A stretch of 64,000 nt of DNA from Octopus vulgaris. Lineage: Eukaryota. The stretch is from positions 85,808,001-85,872,000 of the forward strand of contig OX597816.1 of NCBI GenBank assembly GCA_951406725.2, written 5' to 3'. This document shows, piece by piece, positions 50,595 to 64,000 of the stretch (position 1 is its first letter; each line of letters begins with the position of its first letter). Made by a program: the position numbers and the translations under genes. The notes under the pieces were generated by a model. That model made no database searches. It was not told the DNA's origin and worked only from the letters and a program-made list of their open reading frames with translations.

Positions 50595-53310
50595 ATCGTA
50601 TGCTTTGGGTTAGGTATCTCATTAAACTCTCGATTTCGATACTCAGGCAGTCATCCACACTTATCAGTCCCCTTCCTTCATTTGCTATCTTCATGTATAG
50701 GCGATCAGTGTCTGCACGTGGATGATGGGCTTCATGCATCGTTAGGAGCATTCTTGACTTCCTGTCCGTCTCCTTTAGCTCCTGCTCTGTCGAGTTCAGA
50801 ATTCCAGCGCCATACCAAACCACTGCGTCTACGTGCGAGTTTATTGCTGAAATTATGTTTCTGGCATTCAGCTTTGAAGCCAATATTTTTCTCACTCGCC
50901 GCAGGTACATTTTTTTTTGTCTTTTGCTTTATGTTGTCGTGTTTGATTCCATCTGTTTCACGTATCCCCAAGTATTTATAGAGGGATTTAGGCTGAATGG
51001 CCTTCATCATTTCATCACTTGGCAAACTTTCCTCGTCTCATCTCTATCGTTGCACATTTTGAGCGTCTAAACTCTATCTTAATATCATTGGAGAAAATCC
51101 GCACAGACTGGACTAGGCTGTCTAGTTCTGCCTCAGTTATTGGGAATAGCTTCAGGTCGTCTATGATGAGCAAGTGGTTTGGTTTTCTGTTACCTGTTCC
51201 CAGATCATACCCTAACTTCGTTTTCTGTATTATTTCACTGAAGGGGAATATTCCCAGCACGAATATGAGTGGGGACACATTATCCCCCTAGAAGATTCCT
51301 CTCTTGATTTTCACTTCTACTAGTACTTGCTTCTTTGCTGGCAATTCCGTTCTCCAGTATTTCATGCTATTCCATAAAAGGCTTCTCATATCCTCTACTG
51401 TTCCATACATCTCCATTATTCTTAATATCCAGAAGTGTGGTATCATATCGTATGCTTTGCTTTAGTCACCCCATGCAACGCTCAGGTTTGTATTTCTTCT
51501 CTTGCCATTCCTGATAATTAGATTATCAATTAAGAGCTCATCCTTCGTTCCCCGGTTCCTTTTTCGGCACCTTTTGTGCTCAACGGGTAGCAGTCCACTT
51601 TTTTCCACTTATCTGAACAGTTCACCGGCCAACGCACCTGACATTAATTTCCACGTTAGCAGAAAACATGTGATCCTTTGCACATCACAATATCATTCCC
51701 TTTGTCATCCAGCTGGGTAATGGCCCTTCCTGAAAGTACTCTACTAGCTGTTGTGCTATCCTTTCATGGAGCCCTCTCAACTTCTTCATCCAATAAGTTT
51801 GGACCCAATCCAGTCTTGTGCTCTTCCAATTTGAGAATTTTCTTAACTGTGTTTTTGTCATTTCTGTAGTTATCTTCATGTCTTCTTGGACTTCTCAATT
51901 TCTGAACCTATATTGGATATCATGCAGCCACTCCGCTTCATCATTATGCTCTACTGGTTGGTTCCAAATCCCTCTCCAGAGAGCCTTACTTTTCTCTACC
52001 TCTGGTGTCATTGTTACGTGTATCTGCCCATCTAATTCCTGAAACAGTTTTTTTCTGATTTGATTCAAACAATGTTTTGTCTGAACTGTCTTTTTCTATT
52101 TTCATATCATTCCAGTAATGCTTTGATTGCCACTATTCTTTATATCAATTCTTCCAATATCAAATCATAACCTTTATCTCTTATTCCATATGTTCTTTTC
52201 AGCATTATTGTTATGCTTTCCTTCTGCAGTTCCCTTCTTGTCAATCGTTCAACTTGTCGTGTCTTGTTAACTTTGTTTCTCACAAATTCGACTACACCAA
52301 TATGGTTCCCTATCTTCTCTTTCTCCTTTTCTTTTGTATCCATTTTATTTGCAGTAACCATAGTTGCAGCTCAAATAATCTTGTTAGTTTCAGTTATATT
52401 TGTCGTCTGGAATAGCCCAAGAACTGAATCTATCTTTTCGGTTTCAACCTTGAGCTTGCGTCGGTCAATGTACCTCAGGTTGAGGGGTACTTGAACCTGG
52501 TCTTCTCTAATATATCAGCACAGCGCCCTCACTATGTCTTGTATTCTTGTGATATAGCTTTTCCTATTACTTCTGCTTCATTTGCTGAGAATGCATTTAC
52601 ATTTACACTTTGCTCTATTTCTTCACAGTCGCCTTTCGTTTTTCTGTTGTCACTGGATATGTTATATGTTGGTGAAATATTATTTCTATCTTCTACTTCT
52701 CTTTTTATCTCTTCTATTTCCATGTTTGTTAACCACCATTTTGCTCTTATTGCTCTTGCCTAGTTGGCTAACCATTGCTCACTTGTTTCGAAGAGTCCTA
52801 TCTCATTCCATTTTGCTTTCATTCGTTGTCGGAAACCCCTTCTGCTGGGTTCACTCCTGATGCAGCATGCAATTACTGTTCGGTTTGCCTCCTTATCCCA
52901 CCTTCTTTGCTTCTTCTGTCTTTGATTACAAGCAGTCTCTGGATAACGACCGAACCTGCGCTGCTCAATAACAGGCAACCTGCCGGACAAAGGGATTTCT
53001 CCTTTGAGTCCATACCATTATTTCATACATTTGTATTAGACATTTTCACTCAAAATTCATTCGCGAGTCATTTGCTTTTATCCCAGGCATGGAACACTTT
53101 GACACTGACAGTATATCGGCGCTGAATTCTTCTGCCCTTTGAATTCTGGATTCTTCTGAATTCCTCTGCCCTTTGCCGGGTTTTGCTTATAATCCCGCAG
53201 GGTCTCCCGTTCTCACCAAGCAAGCTCAGTGGTGTTGACGGTTTAGTCGCAGACGGCTCGAGGTTTTAACAACGCCGCTTGTTAATCATTCTGGGTAATT
53301 ATCAATCTAG
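50595..53310 (-). mobile_element. R4/Dong-type LINE from the 5' end through RT, internally deleted
   Basis: N-term WDKEANRTVIACCIRSEP.RRGFRQRM..W; ...SPLIFVL...NHLLIIDDLKLF...YKYLG...YLRRVRKIL.SKLNARN...RLYMKIANEGRGLI; 5' end abuts (TAA)n. Confidence 0.9.
53163..53278 (-). ncRNA. Candidate HDV-like ribozyme at the LINE 5' end
   Basis: Helix order P1 (GCGGCGTT/AACACCAC), P2 (TCTGC/GCAGA), P3 (GAC/GTC), P4 (TTGCTT/AAGCAA), J4/2 GCAAA. L3 and P1.1 are non-canonical. Confidence 0.4.
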
Positions 53311-53311
53311 G

Positions 53312-53415
<104 letters not shown>

Positions 53416-53814
53416 ATTATTATTATTATTATTACTAGTAGTAGTAGTAGTAGTAGTAGGAGGAGGAGGAGGAGGAGGAAGAGGAGTAATAGCAGTATTG
53501 TTGTTATTATTATTATTATTATTATTTAGTAGTTTTATTTTTATAGTGTGCTTTCACTTCACTACCGAGCGCAGCTCTGTGTGCCATGTGTATGTGCTGT
53601 GGCTTGCTCTGGTGCTCTTATGGATACTGTATTGCAAATGTTTTGCGTAGGATGTGTACAGTGCACAATAATACAATTTTCTATACGTTATTTATACGTG
53701 TAAGTTTTGGTATTTTTGATATTTATTGTCTGAATATTTTTTATCATAACTAATGCGCTCACTATGATTGGAATTTTTTCTGCTTTTCGATTCCACATTC
53801 GAGTTACCTCTATT

Positions 53815-54270
53815 ATTATTATTTATTGCCTTTGCACAGCTTCTAACGCTGGAGATGTACTACAGTGTCAGCTGTACACTACCAGTGTTGCATTTTTTAC
53901 ATACCATGCTATGTTGTTTTCTTCTGCTCAAATGAAGTGTTCGCCTCCAATAAGTCCGCTTTCCCCTCTTTGTCGTGGTACATATAGACTCTCTGTGTCA
54001 CTTTTTGTGTGGAGTGACACATATATAGTTATCAACTTCCTTGTCTTTCTGTCTACGCTGTGTAGGTTGACATGCGATTAACCTGCTCCATATCTCAGTA
54101 ATGAAACCGCCCTGGTTTTGATGGGTTCGATCTTATTTCGTCCGTTTAATTTCGACTGAAGGATCAGTCTAAGTCTGTGCAAGTTCTCCAAAGTTTTCTG
54201 TCATTTCTTTCTCCATCAATTTATCCATTTCCAAAATCGCCAAGGACTTCTAGCCCGTCTCTTCTATCAG
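53815..54270 (-). mobile_element. R4/Dong-type LINE 3' fragment, same family as 2806-4232
   Basis: Shared 3' end tttgcacagcttctaacgct.gagatgtacta and shared RT C-terminal sequence. Confidence 0.85.
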
Positions 54271-55398
54271 GTCGTTGAATTTTTGAATTTCAGAATTCCG
54301 TTGTTGCAATAAAAGTTGTATTTACGTATTTGGGTAATATATTAACGTTTTTAAGTTTCCTTGAGATGTTTGTTTGTCTGTCCAGTTGGAGAATACAGTA
54401 GGGCGTTCGCAATGAAAAGGATGTTTACATTTTCGAATACGCAGGGAGAGTCAAAAAGAAAGAAAACAATTTAAGTTAAGTTAATTTTTTTGGCTCAAAA
54501 AGCAAATCGCAAGGCCATATAGGGGGACATGGAGTTATGTACAGGGTGGTGTTCATGCAAAGAGTTCAGGCCATTTCTGGTCAAGAGAGACTTTGAACCG
54601 AATTTACAACGTTCCTAATATTCTAACCTCTTAAAGCAATGCTTTAGAAATTATTAATTTACCGAATTGAATCTTCCGATACAGATAACAGTGACACAAA
54701 ACAATTATATGAGGCTAAATATACACTCGTTTCGCTAGCATAGTATTCCAATCAAGGAGGAATTCCACCTCCCAATGCTGTTCAAAATTCTATTGAACCG
54801 TTAGTAATTATAAAGTAAAAAGATCAGAATTGGTGACTTTCTCCATCTCTACTAACTAATATCCATTTGGTTAAAATAGATTGTTAGCATAAATTTTTGT
54901 CATGCGCCATACAAATATAACGAAACATTCATGAATTTATTAATACTAAAATATTGACAATAACTGAATTTCTAGCCTATGTGTGTTTCAAATTTATGGT
55001 TCTGGAGTCACGAAAGGAATCCGTGTTTATGCTCATGAAGTAGATGAAAATATCACTTGTTCTTTGAATGGTAGTCGAATAGGTGCTAGTGTGCAAAAGT
55101 TTCTCCCCCCGCCTTTTTTTGCTTTTGTTTTTTCAGAAATCCAATCAAATCTTCGGGTAGTGTTGGATAATTGTATTTCTATTTGTTTGGAAATGTTTTT
55201 GATCACATATATTGAAATTGCTTCTGTTATTCTATCGTTCAAATAACCGCTACAGTGACTCTGAGAGGTCGATTGAACATCTATAAATAACATACACAAC
55301 ACATGCCAGAGTCTATTTCTGTGTCTGTGTCTGTTCCTGCCAAATTCTAAAAAAATATGTAAGAATATATATTTAACTTCACATACATACTTACACAC

Positions 55399-55452
<54 letters not shown>

Positions 55453-56325
55453 GTACGTTGTAATGTCTTGTATGTGTGTATATATTTATACACATACACC
55501 TACACACACGCATATATATACATACACACAGATAAATACAGAGACTTGGAGAGAGAGAAGGAGAAAGAGAGAGAGTTAGTGAAGCATGTTATATTTATAT
55601 AAACATATGCTTCCCTGTTTGAAATATCATAATGTTATGCTTTTTGTAGCAACAATAATTCTGTTACTCTGAATTATATTATTTTTCACCAGGTTAACAA
55701 TGATATAATTGCGTCTACAATGCTACGTTTATGTGTATACATCTATTTTCATATTTTCTTAGAATGCTGGGGAAAAAATATATGTGTGAAATTTATGTGT
55801 GAAATTTATGTATAACTGTATGTAAGAAGAAATAACCATGAGTATTCACAAAATATTTTAAGAAAGGGAACTACAAAAAATATTGAATATATTTTTTACT
55901 GCAGAGCACAAATATGTTTTCACTTTAGTGAGAAAAGTATGTACTAGATCATGTTGTACATCAGTGACATTTGTTGCTAATTTTTACGTTTGCGAACGAT
56001 GATTTTATGCAGAAGACATGTATTTTTTGAAATAATGTTAGTTTCTTTCTCATGTATTGTAGCTGCTCAATTTCATTGATAATTTTTTTTCAGTATTTCA
56101 TATAGTATTTTGTATTTTCATTATATATACATCAATGCTTGTTATCCTATTCAAATACATATTCAAGTTAGCAGCGTTTTCTCACTTTTACCACACATAA
56201 TTTACTTGTCGCACATTTACCATGAGATTATAGTTAACTTCAACAAATCACACACTTCGTTGTAATATATAAAAAATGTGTTTCATAATCCAAATGTAAT
56301 TGCATATAGATATAATATGAATAGA

Positions 56326-56365
<40 letters not shown>

Positions 56366-56367
<2 letters not shown>

Positions 56368-56548
56368 CAATAAAGGGTTTAGCAACGAATTGCCTTACCA
56401 ACGAATTGCCTTGGCAATTCGTTGCTAAACCCTTTATTGCTTAGTATTACTTAAATTTTCCTCGAATGAGGCTTTTACATGCCGAAGACTACTTGGTGTA
56501 ATTGATAATTATTCCAAATTAATTAATTTCACCCTTCATTATTACGGA

Positions 56549-56550
<2 letters not shown>
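56366..56550 (+). repeat. Short insertion in (TA)n starting with a perfect 29-bp inverted repeat
   Basis: Arms 56366-56394 and 56413-56441; the loop holds a partial third copy CAACGAATTGCC. Confidence 0.8.
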
Positions 56551-56599
<49 letters not shown>

Positions 56600-57167
56600 T
56601 AATACTAATAATAATAATAATAATAATATGAGAGAATATTATTCTAAACTTATAGGGAAAAATTCAATTTAGAAATAGTAAATCAAATTTCACAAAAATT
56701 ATATATATATATATATAATATAATATAATATATATGTATATATATTATATTATATATATTATGCATTATATATTATATTATATATATATTATATATTATA
56801 ATACGTCCAATACTTCCAGAAAAATTATTCGTATTACATTTCAAAGAAAACGTTGATAGCCGCGGCAATGTCACGACGATTGTAACTCTGTACTTCTCGT
56901 ATCTTCACCCTATATATATGTGTGTATGTGTGTGCAAGCCCCCCCCCCCACACACACATACACAGACGCAAGCACGCACGCACACATTGAGACACATATA
57001 TGTATGAGTATATATACCACATTCTTTACCAATATATCGTGCGTGTGTTTTGTACGTATGGGTTTGTGTGTTTGTGTTTATGTTCGTCTCTGCCATTTTT
57101 ATGTATGAAATATTGGCAACAGAAACCAAAAACTGTATTTTCCATAAATTTAATTTGCGAACTGTTT

Positions 57168-57960
57168 GTCAGGACCGAATGACACATACTCATTTGTCAT
57201 TCTCCTCGTTATGAATTAGGTACGTCAATTATTGCACCTCTAGAAACTGCAAGAATCATCCGTGCTGCTCACCAGTAATGTCATAAAAGAAATATAAAAT
57301 ATCGATGATTTCCTGAGTGCATAAGAAAATTAAGTCACGGAATTACTGGGTAATAATCAAGTGTTCAAGTAAAATATTTTACGAAGAGTAGTATAATATT
57401 AGTTTAAGTGAAACCCACGTCTCAATACACAAATGTTTGAGATGTAGAAATGTAACCGCAGAGTAGTCGAAAATTACGCTGAACCACCCAGTATGTAATG
57501 GCTATGTTGCGAATACATTGAATATTATACAGCTGCAGTGGGTCTTTTTTTGTGCTTGTGTCCGTTTCTGGAAACTAGGTCTTCATTCGTGGATCAGAAA
57601 AGAAAAAGAGGATTCTGGTCCTTACAATTCAGACATTGCGTCTCTTATGAAGGAGTGAATTGGCCAATCAAAATGAAGATTATATAATTTGATAAGGAGT
57701 GGAAATATGTAGATACTTTATGACCTTTTCTTGTAGGATGCCATCGCTACCATTTCAGGTAGCGATGATATTTAATACATCGCATTGTTGTCCAATGCAC
57801 TGCTATCCAATTCATAAAAAAATTGTTTATATCTTCTATATACTACATATGTATATATGAGATCTTTGACACGTACACATATTACATATATATAGATGTC
57901 AGGACCGAATAGTTTTAGGACCGAATGCAGATATAGGACCGAATATATTTCAACTTTCCC
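57168..57960. mobile_element. Possible DNA transposon relic with subterminal AGGACCGAAT repeats
   Basis: AGGACCGAAT at 57171 and three times at 57901-57945, ending ...caactttccc; no clear transposase. Confidence 0.35.
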
Positions 57961-58856
57961 TCTTGAAGATAAATGAAGACGAACAGGACAGGTGCGTCCT
58001 TTGGTGCACTGATTGTTATAATCTATGGCTTTGGTTTAGTCATTTTTCTTTTTATCTCTACGATCTGGTTGTCTATTAAAATAGATGAATTTTTCCTTCT
58101 TTCGTTCCTATTCCTTTATTAATCCAAATAAAATGTGACTTGTGGAGAATCCATTTCAGAATGATATTAAATATATCTCCAACTTATTAAACAGAAAAAA
58201 TTCAAATTGCAAAATGATATTTAACGTCAAAAAGATATCAATGCTTAACTGTTGATATTGTGAAAAAAAGGGGGAGCGACACAATAATTCTTAAGCCAAT
58301 TGGATTGTATGGCTCTACATTTTCCATAAATTTAATGGAGGTTGAATGTCCCTCGGTTTAAAAGAGAAAAAAATCTAGAAATTTATGAAGCGGCTCCGAA
58401 CCAACTATAATTGCAGACTTCAATCTATACTATATTATAGCCAAATGAATCATAAATCAATGCGCCAACTTTCAAAGGCGAAATTATTTAAAATTAATGA
58501 ATCTAGCCTACTAAGATATAAAGACGAGAAATGATTTTATTTCTTTACCTAATATATTATACCTATTATCGATTCATTTATTATGTTTAACTACATAGTT
58601 TAAACATATTTAAGATGACTCGTATAAAATTTCATAACAGGAAAATGATTCCATTACTTCGCAGAATTCAAATAGTCAGACACTACGTCTAGTGTGAATA
58701 TGATGTGCAAAAGTGAATACAAGTTTTGTAATTTGGAATAAACTGAAACCATGGAAAATCTAAATCTGCTGCGTCAGGTTGGCATTTCAATTGGAGATGG
58801 CTTTATACTGCATATACAAACATACATGCATGGATTCAAACATACATGTATATAGT

Positions 58857-59990
58857 TGAAATGTGCAGAAAAACAAAACACGAACACAAGTGTATGAACA
58901 ACAAGCAGGTGTATTAGTTTGACGCTCGTCGAAGTGAGAAAGTATTTTACATTTCGAGTCTACGCTCTTCAACAGAAAGGAATAAGAGAAAACAAACAGA
59001 TGGAGAATAAAAAAAAATTGTGGGTTTAGCGATCAAGCATGGTGACCAGTTGGGAAAAACATTTGACAGGAGGGGTAGAAAGAAAGGGAGATAATAAAGT
59101 ATTGGTGATCTCAACATGAAGGTGCGCGTGCGTGGGTGTGTATGTGAGAATATGTAAGTGTGTATGTGTGGATAGGGGCTAGTAACTTTGGCGTGTGTAG
59201 GTGTGTACGTGTATAGGTGTGTGCGTGTGTGTATGCGTCTGTAATTTGTGGACGTGTGGATGATGGTGTGTGGGTGTGCGGAGGATGGTGTGTAGACATG
59301 CTTGTGTGTGGTGTGGGTGCTGAGAAGTGATCAGTGCTAGTGTGTATGGTAAGGATGCAGGGAAATTATCAGTGCTAGCGTGTGTGGTGTGGTGGTATGG
59401 TATCGTAGGTGTGTGTGCGTGGAGTGGAGTGGGTGGAGGGGGTTTCAATAAAGAGAGAAAGTGAGTACGAGTGAAGAGAGGAATTAGTTGTTAGAAGAGG
59501 AGAATAGGAGTGAAGAGAGGAAGTAGGTATCACACGAAGGGAGAAAAGGAGGGCAGTGAGATGAAGTGACAAGGGGAGTTGAGCCTCTGTGGGGCAAAGG
59601 AGAGAAGAGAGAAGATTAATTTCTGTTCACGGCGAAGGTGGAAGTCCAGATGGCCCCTGTGCGGAGATAATCCGAACAAAGAGAGTGAAGAGAAGTTTAG
59701 AGGTGCCAGGAGGGGAAGAGCCTGGGAGCATGGTTAGTGTCGTGGATGTGAGAGGGGAGGGAAGCTACTGGGGGCAAGGAAACGGTCGAAGTATTTTGAG
59801 ATGAATTCCGTGAGGCAGTTACAGGCGGAGACGATGGGGCGGTCAGGTTTGTAGGGCTTGCTGATTTTCGGAAGGAAGTAAATGGTCGAGATGCATAAGG
59901 TTGGATGCGGTGGGAGGGACACGGAAGAGGTCAAGGATAGCGGAGGACACAGTCTGTTGGTAGTTAGGCGTGGGGTTGGAGGGCAGATGT
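58857..59990 (-). mobile_element. Poseidon-like Penelope element, internally deleted
   Basis: IYFLPKISKPYKPDRPIVSACNCLTEFISKYFDRFLAP (RT N-term) joined to ...RREQKLIFSLLSFAPQRLNS (GIY-YIG C-term), followed by a pyrimidine/CA-rich 3' region with a hammerhead. Confidence 0.85.
58942..58985 (-). ncRNA. Minimal hammerhead motif (core CUGUUGA)
   Basis: TTT-CTGTTGA-A-GAGC(GTAG)ACTC-GAAA-T-GTA^AAATAC. Confidence 0.6.
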
Positions 59991-61042
59991 GAATAGAAAG
60001 AGAAGAGATAGAGAGAGAGTGAGCGATCGCATACTACATTGTTTGCTAGACACATTGCTTTGCAATTACTACGACACCTGATGTGCGATACATCATGCAC
60101 CTATGCAGACAATTTTCAATTGTCAGTGGGTGTACGATAATGTAGAGCATTTGATCACTATAGACAAATAATTTGTGTTGGTTGTTCAGTTAGACATGTC
60201 AGACCCGTCTTTCCTGGTACTAAAGTCAACCACCATATTGAATGTATATGTACATCTGCATTTATACATTCATGTACGCAACACATAACAAGCTTGTGGT
60301 CTCATATATCAAGGGTTTTCCTGAGTGGAGAGCTACCTCTGAAATTTCTCAGAAGCCTTCGTAGGTCGGGCTGCTAATTCACCATCTAGCATCGCAAAAT
60401 AACTAATTTACACAATGTATAGCATTTCCGTTCTTTGTTTCTACTGGATGTATTTAAAATGTATGACTCTAATAGAAGAGACTATAAATTGCTTTTATAC
60501 AATATATAGGTTTAATTCATAAAAATGTTGGGCTAAATTAATGAGCTGGTAAAACTCCATCTATTACAGAGGAATATATTCAACAAATACCAAAGTTTTA
60601 ATTTAAAATGTAAGTAAAGCACGTTCTTCTATAAGCTTAATAAGAAATGTAGCTCCTGACATCAATATTTTCCACTGCTTAAAATTTTCACCGATTTCTT
60701 AGAAAAATGTTTCAAAATACATTAAATTAAGGAGTGAATTGAACTAAAATATTACTTATTATTTATTCGTCGACGCAAATTAGACGTCATCCAACCTGGA
60801 TCTGGATAACAGATTATTTGTTGCATGTAATCATCCTACCTGCTTGTCTTTCTCTTTCTCTTTCTCTCCCTCTCTCTGTGTCTGTCTGTCTCTCTCTCTG
60901 TCTCTCTCTCACTACATTCTTACATAAAAACACGCAAAATACACACAGACATATATACACACATAGATATATACACATTTGGTGATGTATGTATGTGTAT
61001 ATGTGTGCATATCTATATTCAATCACACACATATATCCATGT

Positions 61043-61076
<34 letters not shown>

Positions 61077-63295
61077 GTATATATCTACATAATTTGGAAA
61101 GCACTGTGTATTAAGCAACAATATTTTATCTTACATTACATACACAGCAATATTTTATATTAAAGTAAATGTCACAATAGTTCTCGATGATCTCATGTTG
61201 TTCTAAAGAAAATATTCGCACAGTTAACATATGTGGATAGATAATGGAATGTTTATATACAGCTGACAATATATATGTTTGTGGCAGAAACCAGGCTCTA
61301 ACGTATATTTTCAAATGTTTCATGCACCATTGTCAGAGGGGAACATCATGCTTCAAAATACTTTAAAAAGTATTCTAAACATTAAAATGTATTCTACCAC
61401 AGTTTCATAGGCTGCTCGTAGATAGATGGTGCCATAGCATTTCATTTTCTTAATAATTATTCTGGAAACTTTGCAAGGGAGGTTTGGCTTTGTGTATGTG
61501 TGTGTACGTGTGTGGTGTGTGCGTATGTGTTTGTTTGTGCGTGCATGAGTACATATGTGTGGGAGCGCGTGCGTGTGTTTGTGTGTGTGTTATGAAATAT
61601 AGATTGGAACGGGCAGTCGAGAGTGAAGAAATTCTACAATTATAAGTTACTTCTTCCACTGACATCCTTATCGTACACAGACAGTGATATGAACTGGCAT
61701 CGTCTAGTAATGTAAGATATATCTCAATAATAATATAGTTATCCTTTAATTCCATGAATGTTTTCCTAAGATAGATGCTCCAAATTTCCTCTCATTCGTT
61801 AATTCATTTGACCATTTTCTCAAATTTTTCTGTGTTATCTCAGAAAGCACCATTCACATTCAAGGTCAAAATATCATTTTCCGCCATCTTGTCCATAGTC
61901 TCGCAAACATTGACTTCTATAAAATCAACGACTATCAGCCCTAGTTTGATTTTGTTCCCCTCAACACTCCTATAAAAATGAGCCACCTATTATTGTCTTT
62001 TCTTCTGTTTCCACCACCTCTGTCACCCTCAACAAGATTTTGAGACTCCTCATTCAAGCTGTACAGAATTGCTTTTCTTACCTTTTACCAGCATTTCACG
62101 CTAAACTGCCCTGAATTGCTATTCTGTTCTCTTCCCCGCACTCAACCACCCATATTCGTCCACTATCTCTTACTGCGCATATTTAGTTCGTCCAGTGCGA
62201 TCTTACGAACGACACCCTCATTCATTATAACTCCTTACATTATTGAAGCCCATGTGACTTAATGGTGCATTCATTCCATCCATCTATTTTTCTATTTTAT
62301 TTTGGATCCTCTTTTAGTTTTCGGCCCTGTTGTTATACGTAGACTTTTAGTATCAACATCGATTCCCTTGGATGACCCAATTACCATAACGTCCACATTT
62401 CAGCCACTCATCATTTCCAGTAAGGGATCGGGAAGAGAGGTTGCAGGGGATGTAAACAAAAAACGGGTTTTTCGGCACATTCGGTGGTCACGGTACTTGA
62501 TTCCACGCAAAAAATCCGAAGTTTTCATTGTCTTCCTTAGTGAATCGCATGCGCGTGTACTTCGCAAGATTTACCGAAGTTTGTACTTGGGACGGGGGAG
62601 GAGAAAACGTAGTTGGAATGAAAAGAGGAAGAAAATAGAAAACAATACTTTTGGTGGGCTTAAGTGTAGGTGGTATACAATGAAATATTTTCAGGTGATC
62701 GGAGGCTTTTATAGCAGTGATACAATTAGGAAATAAGAAACAGTATGTTTGTGATCAAGACGTTGTAATATCGTGGTGAGGGAGTTTGTGGTGGTACAAC
62801 TAGATATAAGGGCCTGGGAAAAGGAGGTGCAGGTTCTGCTCAAACAACCTCTAAAATTTTTCAGACGTGCTAACTAGAAATGTGTACCCAATTCATACTT
62901 GGCCTAGTTTAGAAAATAGTGTCTAAAAATTGATCTGTATTGCTTGAAAGTTAGGTTTGTACTCAAGACAAGAACACAGGACAAAAATAAATAAATAAAA
63001 AATTCAGAATGTTTACTGATGAAGCTGGTCATAAAATCCCTAAGGGAATTCCCTAGGAAGATTTACAATTGAACTAACAGCATGACAAGCAGTATGGCCA
63101 CTCCTCAAAACTAGCACAGTTGATGACCAATTAAACTGCAGAATGAAAAGACCTTCAATGTCCAGCTATCTACATTATTCATTTTCTCTGAATATTACAA
63201 CTGACCTATCATCAACATCGTCATCATCATCATCATTGCCATAATATTCTACTGTTGCAACCATAACCACTACTACTATCACTCTTTTTTTCTCA

Positions 63296-64000
63296 CCACT
63301 GTCCACTTCCCACACAAGAGGTAATAACACTTTGGACCTGCTCTTTACCAGCACTCCTGCAACTGTTGTCTGTGTTACGACGAAAGAACCTCTAGGCGAC
63401 TCCGATCATGTTATGATCGTTGCCAGTCTATCTCTTATAGGCAGAAGCAAGAAGCACCACCACATTCAAGCCACTCACTTTGACTGGAACAAAGCAGACT
63501 GGAACTGTTACCGAAAGGAGTTAAGATGCCCAAACTCGTTTGAATTTTATGATTTAGGGGACGTCAGTACTGTCTTTCCAAATATTCTCAATGCAATCTG
63601 GGCTGCATGTGAAGCTTCAGTACCGCGCAAGCGCTCTAGAAATAAAAACAGTGCAATTTGAAAGACTACAGCAATTCGACTTACCAAGAAATTGCGGGGC
63701 TGAACAGAAATACTGACAGCATAAACCAGATGAGAACAGAAGATGCAACAGATCAACCGACCGTCTCAAGCAAGCCAAAAATGGCAGTGCTTGAGTTTGA
63801 ACGACGTATAGCAACTAGCCCTGACAGCAAAGTGTTCTGGAAATATGTACGTTCGAACAGACCTCATGCCTCAGTTAGCCCTCTTTGCAATCCCCACACA
63901 GGTCGGATCACCGATGACCCCAAGGAATGTGCTGAGCTTATTGCTGAATGCTATGCTGGTATTTTTACTGCTGAAAATCCCAGTTTACCTTCTTCATCAA
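63296..64000 (+). mobile_element. CR1-type LINE: APE endonuclease C-terminus and linker, runs off the window
   Basis: TRGNNTLDLLFT...LGDSDHVMI...FDWNKADW...KVFWKYVR...TDDPKECAELIAECYAGIFT. Confidence 0.85.

Noticed and set aside
61600-62830. Possible L1/Tx1 ORF1-ORF2 junction on the minus strand (ILTLNVNG)
   Set aside because: A single short motif with no downstream endonuclease motifs visible.

Overview
AT-rich, microsatellite-saturated eukaryotic DNA. The repeat repertoire suggests a mollusc, probably an octopus, but that is inference. I cannot identify a host protein-coding gene; there are only a few weak exon candidates, and most ORF-track entries are microsatellite artefacts. The window is almost entirely transposable elements: tRNA-derived SINEs (some nested, with 11-18 bp TSDs), R4/Dong-type RT+REL LINE fragments, CR1-type LINE fragments, mariner/Tc1 relics, a MITE, and at least three Penelope-like elements (PLEs; two Naiad-like, one Poseidon-like). 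The main signal is a dense set of ribozyme motifs read by eye: about a dozen type I hammerhead motifs from roughly eight unrelated repeat families, most inserted into (TA)n tracts. The best candidate for an undescribed system is a young, ORF-less 490-nt unit at 18098-18779. It has ~192-bp terminal redundancy, an intact hammerhead, and helices that pair only on the minus strand, as expected for a retrozyme-like circular-RNA element mobilised by PLEs. Other candidates are a tRNA-foldback + hammerhead SINE (two copies), recurrent non-canonical hammerhead cores, a candidate HDV-like ribozyme at the 5' end of an R4-type LINE, a Naiad protein with long Asn-rich insertions, and a 1.1-kb spacerless palindrome. 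All folds and alignments were done manually and need computational and experimental confirmation.
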